From Syntrophorhabdaceae bacterium (lineage in GTDB: Bacteria; Desulfobacterota; Syntrophorhabdia; Syntrophorhabdales; Syntrophorhabdaceae): a DNA stretch of 64,000 nt. Shown piece by piece: positions 59,761 to 64,000 of the stretch. The position numbers and the translations under genes were made by a program. The notes under the pieces were generated by a model. It searched no databases. It worked only from the letters and a program-made list of their open reading frames with translations, and was not told the DNA's origin. The DNA is taken from contig OY762209.1 of the NCBI GenBank assembly GCA_963665295.1, positions 3,296,001 through 3,360,000 of the forward strand, given 5' to 3'. Numbering within the stretch: position 1 is the first letter of the stretch; each line of letters opens with the position of its first letter.

Positions 59761-61143
59761 ATGAACGATCATCAATCATTCACCTTTGAAAAGGATTCCC
59801 TGCGCATTCTGGCCTCCGCTCTGGGGAGGCTCGAAGCAGGCTTTACGGAATTGCCGCCGGTAGACAAGGTATTGGCGGATACCGCGTCAATGGAAAAGGT
59901 CCTGTCTGAAGTTGCGGACCGGCTTCACGACAACTATCCGTATTTTCATCCCCTTTATGCAGGCCAGATGCTTAAACCGCCTCATCCGGTGGCCCGGACG
60001 GCCTATGCCCTTGCCATGTGGATAAATCCCAATAATCACGCCCTCGATGGAGGCAAGGCCAGCTCCCGGATGGAAAAAGAGGCGACTGCGGAAATCGCCC
60101 GTATGTTCGGTTGGGAGACTCACCTGGGCCACCTTACGAGCGCGGGAACGACTGCGAACCTGGAGGCATTGTGGGCCGCGGGGCAGCTCAATCCCGGCTC
60201 CGTGGTTGTGGCCTCCGAACAGGCTCATTACACTCATCAACGTATCAGCGGCGTATTGAAACTCGATTTTGAATCGATCCCATGTGACCGTCGGAGCAGG
60301 CTCGATGTGGAGGCACTGGAACAGCGTCTCCGGAAAGGCGGCGTGGGGACTGTGGTTGCGACTATGGGAACCACTGCCACAGGCGCTGTCGACCCCCTGC
60401 CCGAACTTCTTGCATTGCGGGAACGCTACGGGTTCAGGCTTCACGCCGACGCGGCGTATGGGGGATACTTCCTGCTGGCCGATAATCTCGACCCGTCAAC
60501 ACGGGCGAGTTACGAACGAATGAATGAGGTTGATTCTATCGTAATCGATCCCCACAAACATGGTCTCCAACCTTATGGATGCGGATGCGTGCTTTTTCGC
60601 GATCCTTCCGTGGGACGGTTCTATAAACACGATTCCCCTTACACCTATTTCAGTTCCAGGGAACTCCACCTGGGCGAGATCAGTCTCGAATGCTCCCGGC
60701 CCGGCGCTGCAGCAGTGGCGCTTTGGGCGACCCAGCGGTTGCTGCCCCTGGTGAAGGGCGGGGAATTCGCCGGAAGGTTGGAAAAATCGCGTGCCGCCGC
60801 CCTCGCACTTCATGAGAGGCTGTCAGCGGACAAGAGGGTCGTGACATCGTTCCGGCCGGAACTGGACATTATTGCCTGGTCGCCCCGGGCAAGGCGGATA
60901 AGTGAGTCGTCGGAGATGGCAAGGGCCATCTTTTCCGGGGCTGAAAAGCGTCATCTCTTTCTCGCCCTCGCTGAATTGCCCGTTGATTTCTTCGATTTTG
61001 CAAGGGCGGGCGTGGAGCGCGACAGGGACACGGTCACGTGTCTGAGGTCCGTACTTATGAAACCCGAGCATCTTGAATGGGTCGACCGCATATGGGAGAT
61101 CCTCGATGCGGCGACGGATGAGGCGATGGAGTCAATCGGGTAA
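59761..61143 (+). CDS. group II PLP-dependent decarboxylase
   Basis: G.LTSAGT.ANL.AL, S.QAHY, GTT.TGAVDP, HADAAYGG, DPHK. Confidence 0.88.
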   Translation: MNDHQSFTFEKDSLRILASALGRLEAGFTELPPVDKVLADTASMEKVLSEVADRLHDNYPYFHPLYAGQMLKPPHPVARTAYALAMWINPNNHALDGGKASSRMEKEATAEIARMFGWETHLGHLTSAGTTANLEALWAAGQLNPGSVVVASEQAHYTHQRISGVLKLDFESIPCDRRSRLDVEALEQRLRKGGVGTVVATMGTTATGAVDPLPELLALRERYGFRLHADAAYGGYFLLADNLDPSTRASYERMNEVDSIVIDPHKHGLQPYGCGCVLFRDPSVGRFYKHDSPYTYFSSRELHLGEISLECSRPGAAAVALWATQRLLPLVKGGEFAGRLEKSRAAALALHERLSADKRVVTSFRPELDIIAWSPRARRISESSEMARAIFSGAEKRHLFLALAELPVDFFDFARAGVERDRDTVTCLRSVLMKPEHLEWVDRIWEILDAATDEAMESIG

Positions 61144-61219
61144 GGTCGAATAATGCGGGGAAACAGGTAGGCGGACACCGGATTCCGGCGAAATATCCCG
61201 GTCCGACAGGAGCTTTTGT

Positions 61220-61552
61220 ATGAAAACCGTGGCGTTGCTCACAATTTCGAATGTCTTTATGACTATGGCGTGGTACGGTCACCTGAAATTCAAGGAGACG
61301 GCGCTCTGGAAGGTGATCCTTTTCAGTTGGTTGATAGCTTTTGTGGAGTATTGTTTCCAGGTGCCCGCAAACCGCCTGGGACATCACCATTTCTCAGCGG
61401 CGCAACTGAAGATAATCCAGGAAGTGATTACCCTGGTGGTATTTGCCGTCTTTTCGGTGGTCTATCTCAAGGAAGGCCTCAAATGGAATTACCTGGTTTC
61501 CTTCATGATGATTATCGGGGCGGTCTTTTTTATGTTCAAGGAATGGGGATAA
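61220..61552 (+). CDS. DMT-family small membrane protein (DUF486-like)
   Basis: SNVFMT.AWYGHLK, SW.IA..EY..QVPANR.G, QLKIIQEVITL. Confidence 0.85.
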   Translation: MKTVALLTISNVFMTMAWYGHLKFKETALWKVILFSWLIAFVEYCFQVPANRLGHHHFSAAQLKIIQEVITLVVFAVFSVVYLKEGLKWNYLVSFMMIIGAVFFMFKEWG

Positions 61553-61616
61553 GGGTTCCTTCCCCCTGAGTATTCTGCATACCGGAACGCCGGAAAAATA
61601 TCGTAAAAAGGTTGAT

Positions 61617-63527
61617 ATGGGATTAATATGGGTCAATGAGGTTTCAATAAGCTTCGGAGGGGCGCCGCTTCTCGATGCGGTCTCTCTTCAGATTGAAGCA
61701 GGCGAAAGGATCGGCCTCCTCGGCCGGAACGGTTCCGGCAAATCCACCCTGATGAAGATGCTCGCCGGTCAGTTAGTCCCGGATGGGGGCGCAATTATCA
61801 AGGGCGGCGATGTGAGGATTGCCTATCTGCCCCAGGACGTTCCGGACGATCTGGAGGGAACCGTTTACAGTGTGGTGGCTTCGGGCGGCGGCCAATACGT
61901 GGAGCTCCTCCGGGAGTATCACGAACTCACCTTTGATATTTCGAGGGGCCATGACAACGGCCTTCTCAAGAAACTCGAACAAGTCCAGCACCGGATAGAA
62001 GCATCGGGGGCATGGCGTTTTCACCAGCGGGTGGAGGCGGCCATGGCCCGGACGGAACTGGACGAAAACGAGGAGTTCCGGTATCTTTCAGCGGGTCTCA
62101 AGCGCCGGGTCTTCCTCGCCCGGGCTCTTGCCATGGACCCTGACCTTCTTCTGCTCGACGAGCCGACCAACCACCTCGACATCAGTACCATCCTCTGGCT
62201 TGAGGATTTCCTTCTGAAATATGAGAAGACCCTCATGTTTGTCACCCATGACCGGGCGTTCCTCCAGCGGCTGGCAACACGGATTGTGGAAATCGACCGG
62301 GGCCGCCTCACATCTTTTGCCTGTGATTACGGTTCCTACCTGGAGCGTCGACAGGCCCTCCTCGAGGCGGAAGAGAAGCAGTGGCACGAGTTCGACAGAA
62401 AGCTGGCTAAGGAAGAGGTCTGGATCAGAAAGGGAATACGCGCTCGCCGTACCCGGAATGAGGGGAGAGTGAGGGCCCTTCTCGACATGCGCCGGGAGAG
62501 GGCGAAAAGGCAGGAGCAGGCAGCGGTCTCGCGGCTCGTGATTCAGGAGGCTGAACGTGGCGGCCGGATGGTGGTGGATGCGACAAAGATACACTTTTCG
62601 TGGGATGCGTTGAGGGTCGTACAAGATTTTTCCACAACCATCATCCGTGGTGACAAAGTGGGCATCATCGGCCCCAACGGTTGCGGAAAAACTACGTTGC
62701 TCAAGCTTCTTCTCGGAGACCTTGAACCTCATGAGGGGAGCATCCGCCTTGGCACCGGCATCAAAATAGCCTATTTCGACCAACTCCGGGCACAGCTCGA
62801 TGAAAGCAAGACCTTGAGAGAGAACGTGGCCGACGGTAACGATACTGTCAATGCGGGCGGCGCATCGCGCCACGTGGTAGGGTATCTTCAGGATTTTCTC
62901 TTCACACCGGAGCGCATCATGTCACCCGTAAGCTCCCTTTCGGGCGGGGAACGGAACCGCCTGCTTCTCGCGAAACTCTTCGCAATCCCGTCTAATGTAC
63001 TCGTCCTGGATGAGCCCACCAACGACCTTGACGCGGAGACCCTCGAACTGCTGGAGGACAGGCTCCTCGACTATGGCGGCACCATCCTCATGGTCAGTCA
63101 CGACCGTGAGTTTCTCAATAATGTGGTTACCTCCACGATTGTTTTCGAGGGCGACGGCCGGCTGCAGGAATATGTGGGCGGCTATGACGATTGGCTGAGG
63201 CAGAGCGTGTTTCCCGTCGAGGCGGTCACGACGCGGAGGGAGCAGAAGCAGAAGAAGGAAAGGGCCCCCAGGGAAAAACAGAAGTTGTCCTACAAGGAGA
63301 ACCGGGAACTGGAAGAACTGCCGCAGGCCATTGAGGCCATGGAGGAGGAGAAGCAACTCCTTGCTGCGACCCTGAGCTCGCCTGAATTCTATGCGAGCCG
63401 GGACATGGCAAAGATAAACGATGCCAACTCCCGGCTGAAAGCGCTGGACGAGGAACTCGATCAGGCGTACCGCCGCTGGGACGAACTGGAGGATATGGCC
63501 CGGAGATTCAGCGCAGAGCCGAAGTAA
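61617..63527 (+). CDS. uup: ABC-F family ATPase Uup
   Basis: Two NBDs (GRNGSGKST, GPNGCGKTT), EEVWIRKGIRARRTRNEGRVRAL linker, KLSYKE.REL..LP tail. Confidence 0.92.
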   Translation: MGLIWVNEVSISFGGAPLLDAVSLQIEAGERIGLLGRNGSGKSTLMKMLAGQLVPDGGAIIKGGDVRIAYLPQDVPDDLEGTVYSVVASGGGQYVELLREYHELTFDISRGHDNGLLKKLEQVQHRIEASGAWRFHQRVEAAMARTELDENEEFRYLSAGLKRRVFLARALAMDPDLLLLDEPTNHLDISTILWLEDFLLKYEKTLMFVTHDRAFLQRLATRIVEIDRGRLTSFACDYGSYLERRQALLEAEEKQWHEFDRKLAKEEVWIRKGIRARRTRNEGRVRALLDMRRERAKRQEQAAVSRLVIQEAERGGRMVVDATKIHFSWDALRVVQDFSTTIIRGDKVGIIGPNGCGKTTLLKLLLGDLEPHEGSIRLGTGIKIAYFDQLRAQLDESKTLRENVADGNDTVNAGGASRHVVGYLQDFLFTPERIMSPVSSLSGGERNRLLLAKLFAIPSNVLVLDEPTNDLDAETLELLEDRLLDYGGTILMVSHDREFLNNVVTSTIVFEGDGRLQEYVGGYDDWLRQSVFPVEAVTTRREQKQKKERAPREKQKLSYKENRELEELPQAIEAMEEEKQLLAATLSSPEFYASRDMAKINDANSRLKALDEELDQAYRRWDELEDMARRFSAEPK

Positions 63528-63583
63528 AGACGCGCCGCGCCGACAGGCGCGTGTCCCTTGCGCCTGATTGCCCGGAGGGCCTG

Positions 63584-64000
63584 TTACAACTTCAGCGTTT
63601 TCAGACGCTTTATGGCTTCCCGAATCCTCTCTTCGTTTATGGTGATGGATATTCTGAAGTAGCCTTCGCCTTCGTCTCCGAAGCCGCTGCCCGGTGTGAC
63701 GACGATACCCGTCTCTTCAATAAGCTTTTCGCAAAAATCGGCCGATGTATAGCCTTCAGGCACCTTGGCCCATATGTAGAAGGTGGCCCGGGGTTTGTCG
63801 ACCTTGATACCCACGGAGTGAAGTCCTTCCACGACCAGATCTCTTCTCTTCTGGAATGTCTCTTTCATGGCCGCCACGGAATCCTGATTGCCCGTAAGGG
63901 CTTCAATCCCGGCATACTGGATGGCCTGGAACACCCCCGAATCGATATTGGTCTTCAGTTTTCCAAGGTTGTATATGGCGTCCGCATTACCTACGGCGAA
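63584..64000 (-). CDS. dapL: LL-diaminopimelate aminotransferase (class I/II), 5'-partial
   Basis: FAVGNA..LGKLKTNIDSGVFQAIQ.A, RRD, ATFYIW..VP, VVTPG.GFG..GEGYFRIS. Confidence 0.85.
   Translation of the reverse strand, partial: FAVGNADAIYNLGKLKTNIDSGVFQAIQYAGIEALTGNQDSVAAMKETFQKRRDLVVEGLHSVGIKVDKPRATFYIWAKVPEGYTSADFCEKLIEETGIVVTPGSGFGDEGEGYFRISITINEERIREAIKRLKTLKL

Overview
The window has three parts. (1) 1-6020: a Co/Ni/tetrapyrrole block with a 5'-partial membrane-anchored CobN-family chelatase, a CooT-like protein, a small HNxxH protein, a SAM methyltransferase, a metal ABC permease and a 5'-truncated ABC ATPase. (2) About 6021-27954: a compact integrative conjugative element. It carries a TrwB-like coupling protein, an RHH accessory protein, a recognisable MOB-F oriT/nic, a TrwC-like relaxase-helicase, a P-type trbBCDEJKLFGI operon, a lytic transglycosylase, traF, an excisionase and a tyrosine integrase that abuts the 3' end of tRNA-Arg(ACG). 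A 3679-bp IS21-family element (21857-25535, 6-bp target duplication AAAGAA) is inserted in the 5' end of traF. Besides istAB it carries a CxxC protein, three 17-bp direct repeats and a ParB/Spo0J-like protein, and its ends are not the usual TG..CA. This IS is the best candidate for an undescribed system. (3) 27955-64000: host chromosome with mreBCD-mrdA-rodA, surA/ppiD-like, tsaD, rsmA, an orphan HgdD-like gene, tldD and a MASE3 hybrid kinase. It also has a divergent aromatic-acid catabolism cluster (CoA ligases, a four-subunit class I benzoyl-CoA-reductase-like set, iorAB, IclR, DctP) whose three promoters share a conserved operator, followed by FMN riboswitch-ribB, a PLP decarboxylase, uup and a partial dapL. 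Gene content suggests an anaerobic deltaproteobacterium (Syntrophorhabdus-like); this is inference only. All calls come from motif recognition by eye; no database search was run.
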